DNA of 64,000 nucleotides from the human T2T-CHM13v2.0 reference genome, Homo sapiens, in assembly GCF_009914755.1 (NCBI RefSeq), contig NC_060934.1; one strand, written 5' to 3'. Under the pieces are notes generated by a model. It was not told the DNA's origin and did not search any database. It saw only the letters and a program-made list of their open reading frames with translations. Each line of letters begins with the position of its first letter. Within the stretch, counting starts at the first letter, position 1. Position numbers and translations under genes: made by a program. Of the stretch, positions 16,338 to 33,225 are shown in pieces.

Positions 16338-16788
16338 TGATATATACTTCCTAACAACCAACAACATAATTCCACTAATTGCTGAATTCTGTTCAAAACA
16401 TAGAACTTCCTAAAAATCCACCTATGAGACCACTCCCTACTTCCCCCTCAGCCAGACACAAGTGGTACTGCATGTTTTCACGCACACTGTGAATGCTCTA
16501 CTTCAAGTCACACTGAAGAACTATAATGTATTCACCTGAAAAAGAAAGTATAAACTGACTCCATGCCACAGTTAGTTATCTAAAGACCTGTACTTTCCTA
16601 CTTATTTTTCAACTCAAGGCACACTTCTACATTTCAAAACCAGCTGGGACAGCTTTTTTAAAATGTGTACAGGTTGAGTGGTAGAAAAACGTCACCTACT
16701 CATGAGTAGAGGTAGATGAAAGCTATAGGGAATCAATGTTACCATAACACTGAAAATAAAAATAGGCAGTTTCAAATGAATATGTTTT

Positions 16789-17167
<379 letters not shown>

Positions 17168-17277
17168 TCAGCAGGAGACCTGACGGGGCAAAAGATAACT
17201 GTCCAAATAGAATTTGGCCTAAAATAAGTTGCTCAATAGAGAGTTAAAATTTTTTTTTCATCAAAAACTAATTCTCT

Positions 17278-17565
17278 GGCCAGGTGCGGTGGTTCATGTC
17301 TGCAGTCCCAGCACTTTGGGAGGCCAAGGCAGGCAGATCACTTGTGGTCAGGAGTTCAAGACCATCCTGGCCAACATAGTGAAACCCCATCGCTACTAAA
17401 AACACAAAAATTAGCCAGGTGTGGTGTCGCGCCTGTAGTCCCAGCTACTTTGGAGGCTGAGGCACAAGAATCGCTTGAACCTGGTGGGGTGGAGGTTGTA
17501 GTGAGCTGAGATCGTGCCACTGAACTCTAGCCTGGGCAATAGAGACTCTATCTCAAAAAAAAAAA
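17278..17565 (+). mobile_element. Alu (S-type)
   Basis: Dimeric Alu; TSD-like aaaa(c/t)taattctc. Confidence 0.95.
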
Positions 17566-17692
17566 TTAATTCTCAACTACTACTTTGTTTTGCAACTCCT
17601 AAAGCATTTTAAAGCATTTCCATATAGTTTTCAGGCTTTTTAAAGGTTTTGCTTTTTTTATTTCTAATTCATCTTCAGCCAACTATTTCTAC

Positions 17693-17987
17693 TTTTTTTT
17701 TTTGAGACGGAGTCTCGCTCTGTTGCCCAGGCTGGAGTGCAGTGGCGCAATCTCTGCTCACTGCAAGCTCCGCCCCCCGGGGTTCATGCCATTCTCCTGC
17801 CTCAGCCTCCCGAGTAGCTGGGACTACAGGCACCTGCCACCACGCCCAGCTAATGTTTTTGTATTTTTAGTAGAGATGGGGTTTCACAGTGTTCGCCAGG
17901 ATGGTCTCGATCTCCTGACCTCGTGTTCTGCCCGCCTCGGCCTCCCAAAGTGCTGGGATTACAGGCGTGGAGCCACTGCGCAAGGCC
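17693..17987 (-). mobile_element. AluY-like
   Basis: Reverse dimer with Y diagnostics; TSD ctatttctactttt. Confidence 0.95.
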
Positions 17988-18185
17988 TATTTCTACTTTT
18001 CCAGAGTTTTTTTTTTTGCCTCCATATATACTTTTTTCTCCTAATTTTCAGACTATGTTTCCTTACTTTTCTATATTTGCGACAGGGAAAAACCAGAAAA
18101 CAAATGTATATAAATGCAATATAAATAGTCAACAACTGAAATGGCTAATAATATTTGTTGGAACAACCTAAAGAGCTACAAAATC

Positions 18186-18498
<313 letters not shown>

Positions 18499-19157
18499 CT
18501 ACAAAATCTCCTCAAAACCTAAAAATCTTGATTTGGTAACATTCATTTTGACCAAACTGTTCTGTTGAAAATCTTCCTTTTATCCAAATTTTGACATGAA
18601 GGGCATCTCTATATAGTAACCAATAATATTCGCAAGGTATTTTCACTCACATTTAATGTATGGTGGCTAAAAAAACAAGGACTGAAAAACATTTTAATTT
18701 AGGAAGTTGGAAAAAGAAACCAAGAACACAGACTGATCAGGAATTGGGAAAAAGGGGGTGGTGGTACAGAGATCTTCTTACTGTTTCTACCACTGGGCAA
18801 GGAAACCTGAGAATTAACTGATCCTGTTCCCCAATTCTAAGCAAGGACTGCCCTCTTAGCCCTATGAGGCCTCTGACTTCAACGGGGGTACAGTCTGTGC
18901 CAAGTGAATAACTTGACTCCAAAGTATCATTCAGATGCCTAAGGTCAGTTAATCTCATCATGCTTCCCATCATTGCCATCCTTGGCAACTATCCAAAATA
19001 CAGTCTCTACATCTATACTTCTAAATTTTTCTCTGTATTTCTTTCCCTCATACAATTTCCTTCTTGCTGTTCTCCCTCCATCCTTTTCATTGAGGCCTTC
19101 AGAATTCCTATTATAAGATTTTGTTTTAATCTATCCCACAAACCCTACACACAATCT

Positions 19158-20059
<902 letters not shown>

Positions 20060-20300
20060 TAGTTTAATTACATCTTGGGTCTCCTGAAGGACAACACTTA
20101 TCAAATTCTTTTTTCAAAGTGGATGGTGCTCATTTTTCCGCATTCCACTAATCTCAGTGGAGGCTTCAGCATTCTCTTAGCTCCGCATTAGCACTTCCAA
20201 CATCATCTCTCCACTAAGGGAAAAAAAATGCCTCCTCCTTTGAGATTCATGCCTTCTGGCTAGTTTACCCTTGTCCCTGCTATCTATTAAACTAATCATA

Positions 20301-20585
20301 GGCTGGGTGCCGTGGCTTAAATCTGTAATCCTAGCATTTTGGGAGGCCAAGGCGGGTGGATTACCTGAGGTCAGGAGTTTCAGACCAGCCTGGCCAACAT
20401 GGTGAAACCCATCTGTACTAAAAATACAAAAATTAGCTGGGCATGGTGTCGGGCTCCTATAATCCTAACTACTGGGGAGGCTGAGGCACGAGAATTGCTT
20501 GAACCTTGGAAGCAGAGGTTGTAGTAAGCCGGGATTGGGCCACTGTACTCCCGCCTGGGCGAGAGTGAGACTTTCTCTCAAAAGA
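20301..20585 (+). mobile_element. Alu (S-type)
   Basis: Dimeric Alu. Confidence 0.93.
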
Positions 20586-20601
20586 AAACTAGTCATCATA
20601 G

Positions 20602-21036
<435 letters not shown>

Positions 21037-21192
21037 TTAATGATTATAGTTTCCAAAATACTTGTTTAACGACACTAATTTATGTAGCAATGACAATATA
21101 TTTATAGTGTTTTATTCATAGTTGACCAAGTACTTTCACATACATAATCCTACATGATTCCCAGGGACATCCTTTGAGTTTGGTCAGGCAAG

Positions 21193-21465
21193 TTTTTGTT
21201 TTTTTTTTTTCCACAGAGTCTCGCTCTGTTGCCCCAGTTGGAGTGCAATGGTGAGATCTCAGCTCATGGCAACCCCTGCCTCCCAGGTTCAAGCGATTCT
21301 CCCTACCTCAGCCTCTCGAGTAGCTGGGATTACAGGCGCCCACCATCACACCCGGCTAATTAGTATATTTTTAATAGAGACGGGGTTTCACCATGTTGGC
21401 CAGGCTGGTCTCGAACATATGACCTCAAGTGATCCGCCCGCCTCCACCTCCCAAAGTGCTGGGGT
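21193..21465 (-). mobile_element. 5'-truncated Alu inserted in a MIR
   Basis: TSD ggtcaggcaagttttt at about 21182 and 21469; MIR sequence on both sides. Confidence 0.92.
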
Positions 21466-21674
21466 TAGGGTCAGGCAAGTTTTATCTCCCATTTCACAAA
21501 TGATAGATAACAGGTTCAGAGACATTAAGTTGCTTCTCCAGGGGTTTCACTAGTAAGAAGTAGAGCCATAGTTGAAATTGAAGTCTTCAGAATGCTGCTC
21601 CTGTAGCATATGTCTTTATACCAACACAAGGACAATTTTCTTTTGACAAAAGGAGACATCAAAAGGCTGATCAT

Positions 21675-21983
21675 GGCTGGGCGTGGTGGCTCACACCTGT
21701 AACTGCAGCACTTTGGGAGGCCAAGGCAGGACAGTCACTGGAGCCCAGGAATTTGAGACCAATCTGGGCAACATAGTGAGACCTCTGTCTCCATAAAAAA
21801 TAAACAAAATTAGCCAGGCATGGTGGTGTGTGCCTGTAGTCCCAGCTACTTGGGAGGCTGAGTTGGGGGATCGCTTGAGCCCAGAAGTTTGAACCTGCAG
21901 TGAGCTATGATCATGGCGCTGCACTACAGCCTGGGTGACAGAGCAAGATCCTGTCTTGAGGGTTAAAAAAAAAAAAAAAAAAA
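21675..21983 (+). mobile_element. AluJ
   Basis: Dimeric Alu. Confidence 0.93.
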
Positions 21984-22820
21984 AGCCTCATCATGAAGAA
22001 TGATATAACCATTTGCTTGCCAGGAGTAGAAGTATGGATTGGCCACATGCTTTAAGGAAAGATTCAATAAATCCAACAGCATTGTCTTCAAAATTTCAAG
22101 GTATCCATTGGGTCTCTTTTAATTTGTGGTGGTTTTTAAATATACCTTTCCCTCAAAATTGGCTCCCCTTCCTGGCTTACACCTGTTAAGGTATCACCAT
22201 TCTCTATCACTCACACTTAATGTCATTGTTCTCTTTCTGAACTCTAAGTCCTATTGATTCTTCAAATTCAATTTTCTTAAATCTCCACTGTTGCAATACT
22301 AGTTCAAGTTCTTATCATTTACTAGAAAAATCTCTTCTTCCTCTTTGACTGAACAAAGTAGTAAATTAACCTACTCAAAAACTTGGGGTAGTTTCTTAAT
22401 GACTAAAGAATAAAGAAAAAGAAAACTTTGGATCTTATTTTCAAGGTTCTTCTCAATTTAACCATTCTCAGTCTTTTACATATCATTCCAATCTTTGCAT
22501 CTAACTACAATTGCCCAATTTAATCTAGCCCTAAAGCAAAATTATTCTGATTATTGTTTCCTAAAAAACTGTTGCTCACCTATTTCACTTCCATACTCAA
22601 TCACTCATCCAATATACTTACCTTCTAATATTAGTAGGAATTTGTGTCGTATCTAGTTTTTCATGCCTTGGTCATCCCTCACTTGGACTACTCCATTAAT
22701 CTTCTAATTAGACAACCTGCTTTAAGCTTCTTGCCCTCCAATAATTTGTTGCACACAATATGGCCAGAATTAGCCATCAAAAAACAAGATACTGGGTCAC
22801 TATTCTACTTTAAAACCTTC

Positions 22821-23100
22821 AATAATAATAATAATAATAATAATAATGGTGATGGTTACCATTGGTTGAGTACTTACCATGTGCCAGGCCAGGAACTGTG
22901 GTACCTACTTTATATGCACGGTCTCTATTAATTCTCCAAAAACCCTATAATAAGATTTTATTAGCTCTACTTTACAGATAAGAAAATTAAGGCTTGGAGA
23001 TGTTAAGTATCTTGTCCATGGCAAGAAGGTTATTAAGTAGTAGAGCTAGGATTCAAACCCAGGCAGTCTGACTCCAGAGCTTGTGCTTTTAATCATCCAG
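22821..23100 (-). mobile_element. MIR with (AAT)n at 22821-22847
   Basis: ttgagtacttaccatgtgccagg...tttacagataagaaaattaaggc...ggattcaaacccaggcagtctgactccagag. Confidence 0.85.
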
Positions 23101-23259
23101 GTACTATATACTGCTATACTGCTTAACAGCTTAAGTTTTAGCTCCTCAACTTGTAATACAAAAGATCTTTTCTAACTTCATTCCTGTCACTCCTTGCCAA
23201 GCACTTCACATACTTTTGCCATACATTTCATGCTTTTTTCAAACTCCATGCCTTTCTGC

Positions 23260-23570
23260 TTCTGTTACACCTACTCTAGCCCCACTTTCTGGTGAAATTC
23301 TACTCATCCTTCAAGGACTACCTCGAAACATTATCCTCTCAGTGACGCTTTCCCTCAAAGTAAGATAGCCAATCCCTTCTTTACAGCTCCAGTAGCGCTT
23401 TGTACCAAATTCATTACATTATTTATTTATAATAGTGTCTCCCCCACTAGAATGCCGGCACTACAAGAGAATCTATCTTACTTAATATCCTATTCACTTC
23501 TGTATCATCAATGCCTAGCACAATGCCTGGTACAAAGCTGGTACTCAATAAACACTGCACAAATAAATGG
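23260..23570 (+). mobile_element. L2 3' fragment
   Basis: tctactcatccttcaag...tgcctagcacaatgcctggtaca...tactcaataaa. Confidence 0.7.
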
Positions 23571-24233
23571 TCCCAATCCTCTATTTTAATCCTAACCATC
23601 CTTCAAGGCCCCTTTGCTTCTACACAAGCCCTTCCTAGACCATTCCAGTCCAGAGTCATCACTACCTCCTTTGAACTGACAACTTGCGGGCTCAGCAACT
23701 TACCTGGCAATTATTAACTATACCTGTCCTTATGTCATATATTGTTAATTTTTCATGAATATTTATTCATGAACCAAGTCTGTATTTTATATTTTGTACT
23801 TTTGTTGTTCTCCTACAGTTTTGTGATACAGCAGACATTTAATAAATATTTGCTATTTCACGACTGTGATGTTCCAAAATAAATTTTACATACCATACAC
23901 AGACGATGCCCAATTAGCTTCAGCTTATTTCATCTCTGTGTATAAAAAACATTTTTTATGGTGAAATGAGGTCATATGATTGGCACGCTTTGTTTAATAA
24001 ATCAAGGTCCTTTTACCAAACTTTTCCTTACAACTCTTGCCAATTCATTCAATAGCTCTGGAACCTGAAGCTTTTGCCTCACTACTAAGCTGTATTTCCA
24101 ACTTGGCATTTTCCTTTTAAGGTAACTTGTTACCATAGTGTTCCCTCTCCCTCTCCCTCTCACCCCATCCCCTCACACTCTTTTTCTCTCTCTCTTTCTG
24201 TTCCTTTGCTTTCACTAGGACACATGGTACTGA

Positions 24234-24882
<649 letters not shown>

Positions 24883-25100
24883 TGAAGATTTATTTTAGTA
24901 TGGTTAACAGTAATGAGAGTGGAAAGTAAAAGAAAAATAATTTCTAGTTCTTTTTACACAGATAAGTCCACAAAATAGACTTTGTAAACAAAAATTAAAA
25001 TTCAAGCTGCTTTAAAATATAATGAAATAGAACTAGCAAGAAACACTGAAGTAGCTATGTCACACCAAGGCTATATGGGTTATCTGAAAATAAGTAATCT

Positions 25101-25420
<320 letters not shown>

Positions 25421-26408
25421 AGTAATCCTCCTAAAGGAAAGCTACTAGAAAACACTTTAGCCAAATGACTTCAGATTTATAAGCAGGGCAACTGGCAACA
25501 GAATCCAAATGAATTCTAACGTTGTCAATCAGAAATACTTTAGCTTAAAAAAAATTAAAACACATAAATTCAGCATTTTGGTTCAATCTGAAAGTCTGAT
25601 AATTTGAGGTTACTATAACCCATGAAATAAAATAATGTTAAGAAAATGACTCACATTGTAGGTGCTAAAATGAACATATGCCCAATACTGACAATGCTCT
25701 CTAAGTAAAAAGGTGAATTTTTTATTAATACTAACAGTCTTGATAATCTCAAGAGACAATCCAGCTTTACAAATCTAGAACCTGGTATACAAAGCAAAAC
25801 GTACATTTTTTAAGTATCTGGGGAAAAAAGGAGGTATCTGGGCAATTCAGGTCAAGTAAACTTTGTGGGGAGGAGGGAAAGCAATATATATAAATTCAGG
25901 ATTTTGTGCTTCAATTACCTATACCAGCTTTGCTGATGTGGTAAGAAAGCACACATGCAGATACGGTTAGATATTTTTCCTAATTTTTTTCCACTTTCTT
26001 ATTTCCTACATAGCTAAAGAATGCTTAATAGAATATAATTAAAAGGGTATATACCATCTTGCTTAATCAGGTGGGTTAGATCAACTTTCAAACAGGGGAA
26101 GAATTTGACTTGAGCCAGCAGCTGGAGTAGGCTCAGAACTGAATTTAATCAACCAAAAACCTAATGACCCATAATCAATGACATGGAATTACCACTAATA
26201 ATTTTAGTGACAAGCTCATCACATTTACTCATGAATCACCTACAGTATTCCAAGCTCCCAAACTTCACAAAAAGTGAATTTCAGGTATCTGATCTTAAAC
26301 ACAGAAAGACCTATACACCCTTAAAAACCTACATGACCATAAAATGTAGGCCTTATGACTACAAGCATGGAGTATAAAATTTTGACACTAAGAAGTTCCA
26401 GGGAGGCA

Positions 26409-26761
<353 letters not shown>

Positions 26762-27687
26762 TCACTACTATGAAAATGTATCGATACAAAACTACCACCA
26801 CATTGTGGACTTAAAAGAAATTTGGATTTTAACAAGTTAAACTTAAGCTGAACTCACATCATTTATCATCAGGCAACCAGTATTCTCTAATATCAGGTAT
26901 CACATTATAGTATAATTACTGAATAAAAGACAAGGAAGAATCCTGAAGATGAAATTTAAAAGTGAATTTCTGGATCTGTAAGAAAGGTGAATTTCCCAGT
27001 AAATGCAGGAGACTCCATGAGCAGTGCAAATTAGTCTGTTACACACCATTTTAAAACATATAATCCATACAGGAATTCCAACTGGTTAACAAATTCCATA
27101 AAGAAATGAAAGTTGTCTCTATGAAGAGGGCACAATGAAGCACCAGAAATATGATAACCATAAGCTTTATTTAACTATAATTTTCTATATTAACAAGCTC
27201 CTTTCCTATTTATCTAAATCAAATGGCTTTTATTCCACACCAATAACCTGCAAATATGACTGCCTTGGACTCACAACTCACCCCTAAGGAATCTGCCTTA
27301 TGTTTGGAATCTTATTTTCACTGCATTAAAGCAGTACAGAAAAAACATTACCATATATATGACAAGGAATAAGAAGATTCACAAACGTAAGGATAGCATA
27401 AACTCATTGTTCAGGAATGTGATTGGTTACCCCATCTAACAGTCTGGTGAAAAGTGCCCAGGGAAATGAACACACAACACAGAAATACAGTCAGAAAATG
27501 AAGAGGTAGCCAATGTCCCGTTCCCACCCCCACAAAACTCCAGGATTTCTTGATAGAATGAATGTCTGCATTACTATTTTTTTTTTAAGATTTCTCTGTA
27601 TTAAGGATTCCATAAACTCGTTATTCAGCTCATTCCAATGCCTGGCCCAACTGGATATACTACTAACTTAAGCCTAGGTGCAAATCA

Positions 27688-28013
<326 letters not shown>

Positions 28014-29219
28014 TAGTATTATTCTTTTAAGAACCGAAGAAGGCTCAGGTTGAAAATTTTTAATTAAAAAAAAAAAAGAAAAAAGGTTTCCTTGTTTTTA
28101 AATATTTTAATGGAAACATATGAGTCAGATTTCAAAAAGTAGGCTAACGGTGTTTAAATACTGTGCCAGTGTATTTGAGAAGCTGAATGAAAACAAAAGT
28201 ACCTATATTTTAAAAATAAATACAATACAAATAAGGAAAAGTTCATTCTACGATTTCAATTTATCAATCAAGCTACATGGTAAAGAGAATCATTTCAATT
28301 GTTTTTCACCTCCACAGCAGTGTTTGAGGTTGGTAGGCTCTCCCAGGAAGCTTGGAATCTTAAGCAACTCTCAATTAGCCCTCAATTTCTCTATTTTAAA
28401 TTAATCTGCTGACCTGTTGTGGGTAAACATCCATAAATTCTGCCCTGGCTGAGAAACATTTAACTTTTTCGTCTAGGATGAATGTGTGGGTGTGTGTTTG
28501 TAAGGGAGGGGTAACTCCTTTTGACCAAAGTGTTGATGGTTTTCTAAGTAAATACTTGCTATCCACAAGAATTTTTTTTTTCGTTTATGCTGCTTTTTCT
28601 CCCTTTCTGCACTATAAAGGCTGGCCTTCCAATTCCTGCCCCGACCCTTCACCGTGATCCAATCCCACAAGGTTCCCCTAATTTCTGCTCCGGGTGGCAC
28701 CTGACGGCCAAAAGTGAACCCCTGCGGTTGTCGCCAGCTAGACGCGGATAGGGCGGACGACTGTCACCGGGGAGCAGGCGTGGGCCAAAGCCGAGGTGAT
28801 TTCTGACTGCTCACTGGCGGGCCTCGCGTGGCTGAAGGTCTCCGAGCCCCTCGGTTCGCCCCGGCAAGCCAGAAGTGCAGCTGTCGCGGGGCAGGAAGCT
28901 AATCGCGGCCCCTGCGCCGCTTTGACAGGCCGAGTGAAGAGAAAACGGGCTCACTGCAGCTAACAGCCTCACCCCTTGGGCTAGGAAGCCACGGAAGCAA
29001 AACCTCCGCCCCGGCCTGAAAGCAACCGGGAGACCGCGGAACCACTGCCACCGACTCAGCCCTGCCCAGCAGGGGCCCGCCCAGGGGCCACTCCCCAAGG
29101 GAGGCAGCCAGTCACTCGCCCGCCCTTCCGGGCCCACTCCCGAGGGGACGGTCTCCCGCCCGCCCTCACACACAGCTAGCTCTTCAGGCCAGGCCCCCAG
29201 GGTTTCGTCCACCTCTCAC

Positions 29220-29304
29220 CTTTGACGACGCGGTCAGCCCCGGGAGGGGGCGGCGGGGGCGGGGGTGGGGGCGGTGCAGCCCGGGCCGGCTCCGGGGCGG
29301 CCAT
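29220..29304 (-). CDS. PPP3CB: PPP3CB coding exon 1 ([11 protein letters not shown]11-GADRVVK), calcineurin A beta N-terminus
   Basis: ATG at 29304 (agcATGg); 11-proline tract diagnostic of the beta isoform; donor G|gtgaga; 85 coding nt. Confidence 0.98.
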
Positions 29305-29363
29305 GCTGGGCCCGGGGCTCGGCTAGGCTCTGGGCCGGGCGGGGTTGGGGGCGGGGGCGGCGG

Positions 29364-29399
29364 CTACCAGAGCCAAGCGGCGGCGCCGCCGGGGAACAT
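29364..29399 (-). other. Candidate uORF in PPP3CB 5' UTR (MFPGGAAAWLW*)
   Basis: gccATGt at 29399, TAG at 29364-29366; 95 nt upstream of and out of frame with the main ATG; TSS position inferred. Confidence 0.55.
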
Positions 29400-29449
29400 G
29401 GCGGACCCTCTTTCCCTACAGAGGGGCTAAGACCGGCATGCACTGCGCG

Positions 29450-30321
29450 TGCGGGGGTGGGGGCGGGGTAGGCTCTAGGGACTTGGGCAAAATTACTGAA
29501 GCTAGGAGAGAAACAGGACGAGGCCAAGGGATCAGGTTAAAATTCTTTGCATGCAGAATGAAGAATGAGGAGGTGCTGCGATCGAACGACTGCGAGGAAA
29601 CACACCCGCTCTCATGGCATTCCCAGTAAACTGAGAAGACGTGATTAAACCTCAGGATCTCCTACTAATAGAGAAATGTATAACGATTTAGCTACCAGAT
29701 CTGAATACTGAAGGGTTGGTAGGGGACCAGAGAATAGAGGAAGCATTGTAGGTTCTAGAGTGGAGAAGGGACCATCCAAAATGGAGTTTGAAAGAGAATT
29801 CTGGCCTTTGTGTTTAGAGTCTGGAATTGTCAAGAGTCTGAAAGCACAGAATAAGACTGCAGCTAGAGCAATTTAGGCGCCATAGTTTGTCAAAACAGGT
29901 AAGGGGAATAAAGGGGATGACACCAAGAGATGTGCAAAGAATCTGAAGAATTCACCTGAAAAGGATACAACCTCCTCCTGGAAGGCAGAGGAGTAAATAG
30001 GGAATTGGAAATTAATTCCTTATTTCTGCACATGCACAGAATCTGGGCCCAGGTGACTTATGGAACCTTTATAGAGACCACGGTGACTGACACTCATGGG
30101 AAAGGGGGTAGAGGGGCAAGAACTGACTGTTCATCAAAAATTATTAGATGAGTGTGTCCACGACACCAGGAGATATGTTGAATCATGGACAGGGACCAGC
30201 ATATCCACTAAGCTCTATATATCTTGATGGTGCAGGATCCAAGTGGGATGGAACAACCAATTCCTGCCCATCCTCCTGCTCAATAATACATGTGCTCAGA
30301 ATCTGTTCATAATGCATGGTG
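29450..30321 (+). ncRNA. PPP3CB-AS1: 5' region of divergent lncRNA PPP3CB-AS1 (approximate; candidate donors after 29898 and 30321)
   Basis: Recalled annotation of a head-to-head lncRNA here; + strand donors CAG|gtaagg (29899) and GTG|gtaagt (30322); exact structure not derivable from sequence. Confidence 0.45.
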
Positions 30322-30974
30322 GTAAGTAAGTAGTAGTCCGAAGGTCCAAGGAGTACCTTTCTACCTCTTCTTTGTGTCAATTTCTATCCTGAGACCCCAG
30401 GAAAAGAGGAAGGGAAAGACCCAACAATGGATTTTTTCCAAAAAGGGAACCCACAAGCTATTTTTTAGAGGGAAGAGTCTCGGGAGTGAGGCACAGGTGA
30501 AAATGGATCTTTCTGGCATGGAAGGGCCATAACACCACAGGGGAAGGGAAAGGGAGAGGCCCCCACGGAAGGAGAGGAAGGAAGGGACAGGAGGCACGTC
30601 ACAAACTTATAAGATAGAGGGAAGGCACCTGGAGTACATTGATCAGGAGTGAGTCTGTAAGAAGAGCTTGAATCCCCAGAAAATCTTCCTAAGGAGGGGA
30701 GGAAGGAAGTGTATAATGTACTGAGTACTGAATGCTCTGTCAGGAAAGGGATGGGAAACATCCTAGCAGCAATACTAGAAAGGAAAGGCACCCTATTTTA
30801 GGACCCATTGATTCCCACCTTGATTGTATATCCTTCAACTCGTCTCTGGCTCCTCACTTCCACTCAGTCAAAAGCCACTTCATATATTTATCCAGACTTC
30901 CAGCCCCAATACAAAGAAAGCAAGAGCATACAAAGGGAAGAATGACAAGGAATTAAATAGAACTGTCTTATAGA

Positions 30975-30980
30975 TTTATT
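30975..30980 (-). terminator. USP54: USP54 main poly(A) signal AATAAA
   Basis: AATAAA about 1.07 kb after the stop codon, followed by U/GU-rich sequence (TTCCTTGTCATTCTTCCCTTTGT). Confidence 0.75.
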
Positions 30981-31634
30981 AATGAAAAATACTTTACAAA
31001 AACAGTATGTTTGGCCTAAAATAGTTCAGCTGACTCTGAGGGTTTACATTGACGACTGAGCAAGTGGCAATAATGGCTGTGTTATTGAGGACAGAAGGCT
31101 GTGTTAGTGTGCCTGACTCCATCTGTTCAAAAGGGTGAATGTTATGTTGGCAGCTCCGCATTCTAGGCCTAAGGTTTGGAGGGCACAGGGAATGCTGACA
31201 GGCCATAATACCTGGGCAGGGGGGCTGCCCTGATGATGTCATCAGAACCATGACCACAGGGCTACATGTCCCCCCAAGGATGGGAGACAGGGAAGACAAA
31301 GGGTCAGGTAATAGGGATAGGTGGATAAAACAAAGAGTAGAAGTTGGGAGTATAGTAGGGAACAGAGGATGAGGGCTCAGGTGGAGGTGGGGACATAAAG
31401 CATCCAGGAATAAAATGTGACCTTAAAATCCTAAGGAATGGCTAGTATCCAGAGTAATACCATGGATTCATCTTTAAAGTGGCTCAGATAAAACCCTTAA
31501 ACAGCAGCTGCTTCCTTTTGCTAGGGGGAATGGAAGTTGGAATTTCAAATATCCCCTCCCAAAGAATCACATCTTTTTAGAGGTTCCTGACACCCTTAGG
31601 AGAACCCACCAATTCTATGTTGAGATGAGAATAG

Positions 31635-31988
<354 letters not shown>

Positions 31989-32043
31989 CACAGTACAGTT
32001 TTACAAAGAAAGGTGTAGCTCCAGGAAAGGAAAGGAATAACCT

Positions 32044-32603
32044 TTACCATTGACTGTGCTGCAGGACTCTAGCCCTGATCTGCTCTCTTCTGGGAGCATC
32101 TGATAGAACAAACAGAAACCCCTCTCCCACTGTTCTCCTGTGTCCAGAGTGGGAGGCATAACTGCTTTGCCTCCAGTCATCATCTGGGGGCATATCTACT
32201 CTTCGAGGACCAGGGGTTCGGGACCCTGGAACAGGATCTGAATTCCAAGCTGACCTCAGGGGTACATGAAGACTGCTAGATGGTGGGTACACAGGATGAA
32301 CAATGGGAGGGTGGGAGGGTGAATGGAAAAGATCACTCCAGGACTGAGTGTGAGGAACCTGAAGGCCCTTGCTTCTTTCTGGTAGTGTGGCAGTGTAGGT
32401 TAGTTGAGGATTGCACCCTGGAGTAGTCAGGAATCTGGTCCCAATATGCTGGTTGGTCTCTGACCAGGGTGCCCAGGAGTTGTCTGTTCTGGAGCGATGG
32501 GGGAGGCTCTGGTAGTTCAAAGTCCTTCCTGTGTACTTGGCCCCTTGGGAAGTTTCACCCCTGTCACACATAGCCAGAAACTGCTGGACACTCCTTGAAG
32601 TTC
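32044..32603 (-). CDS. USP54: USP54 terminal coding exon ([16 protein letters not shown]...[10 protein letters not shown])
   Basis: ORF 32044..32637; acceptor ttccccag; TAA at 32044-32046; matches recalled USP54 C-terminus. Confidence 0.95.
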
Positions 32604-33006
32604 CTGGGGAAAGAAAAGAAACCCAAAGACTGAGCATCTTCAGAAAACCATTCTCCTTCCCAGAGAGCCATGCCTAGCTGTGTAGCCCAATTCCCTACTC
32701 CTCCAAGAGCATACATACAAGGGAAAGAATGAATCAAGCTGTGCTTTTGATTCCATTTCTTAAAATTCTTAATATACATCAAAATCAAATCTCATACCTC
32801 CAACCTGGGCAAATGAAACAGTCTCATGGATGTTGCCATACCTCTACCTCCCTCCACTATAATCTCTCATCCACTATACACACACCTACAAAAGAAGGGC
32901 TCCCTAATATATAGCAATATATGGCAAACGTATACTCCCTTTGTGATGACTATACTCCTAGAGCCACCATACCAAAACCTCACGCAGCTTTTCTTTTTAA
33001 AAAAAA

Positions 33007-33122
33007 TAGAGACGGGATCTCACTGTGTTGCCCAGGCTGGTCTCGAACTGCTGGACTCAAGTCATCCTCCCATCTTGGCCTCCCAAAGTGCTGGAATTAC
33101 AGGTGTGAGACGCTGTGCCTTG
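33007..33122 (-). mobile_element. FLAM_C
   Basis: Single left-arm monomer. Confidence 0.85.
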
Positions 33123-33225
33123 CTTTTTTTTTGTTTCTCCAACTTTTCTTAAAATGTTACCTTCACTTCAGTTAAGCTGCCTTTGTTTGATCTCTGAGAT
33201 CTAATGTGGAATGCCTTTTCTTATA

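Larger units (their letters stand above)
28690..29610. promoter_or_regulatory. CpG island / bidirectional promoter of PPP3CB (-) and PPP3CB-AS1 (+)
   Basis: Abrupt GC- and CpG-rich segment with GC boxes, a YY1-like AACATGGCGG at 29395-29404 and an NRF1-like TGCGCGTGCG near 29444-29453. Confidence 0.9.

Noticed and set aside
23752-23773. Perfect 10-bp inverted repeat ttcatgaata-tt-tattcatgaa
   Set aside because: Short and AT-rich; expected occasionally by chance and has no supporting context.
28811-29629. GC-rich ORFs around the promoter (133, 97, 94 and 68 aa)
   Set aside because: Stop-poor CpG-island sequence; the true frame is PPP3CB exon 1.
30994-31299. 101-aa ORF in the USP54 3' UTR
   Set aside because: Non-ATG start, no recognisable domain, and no exon structure.
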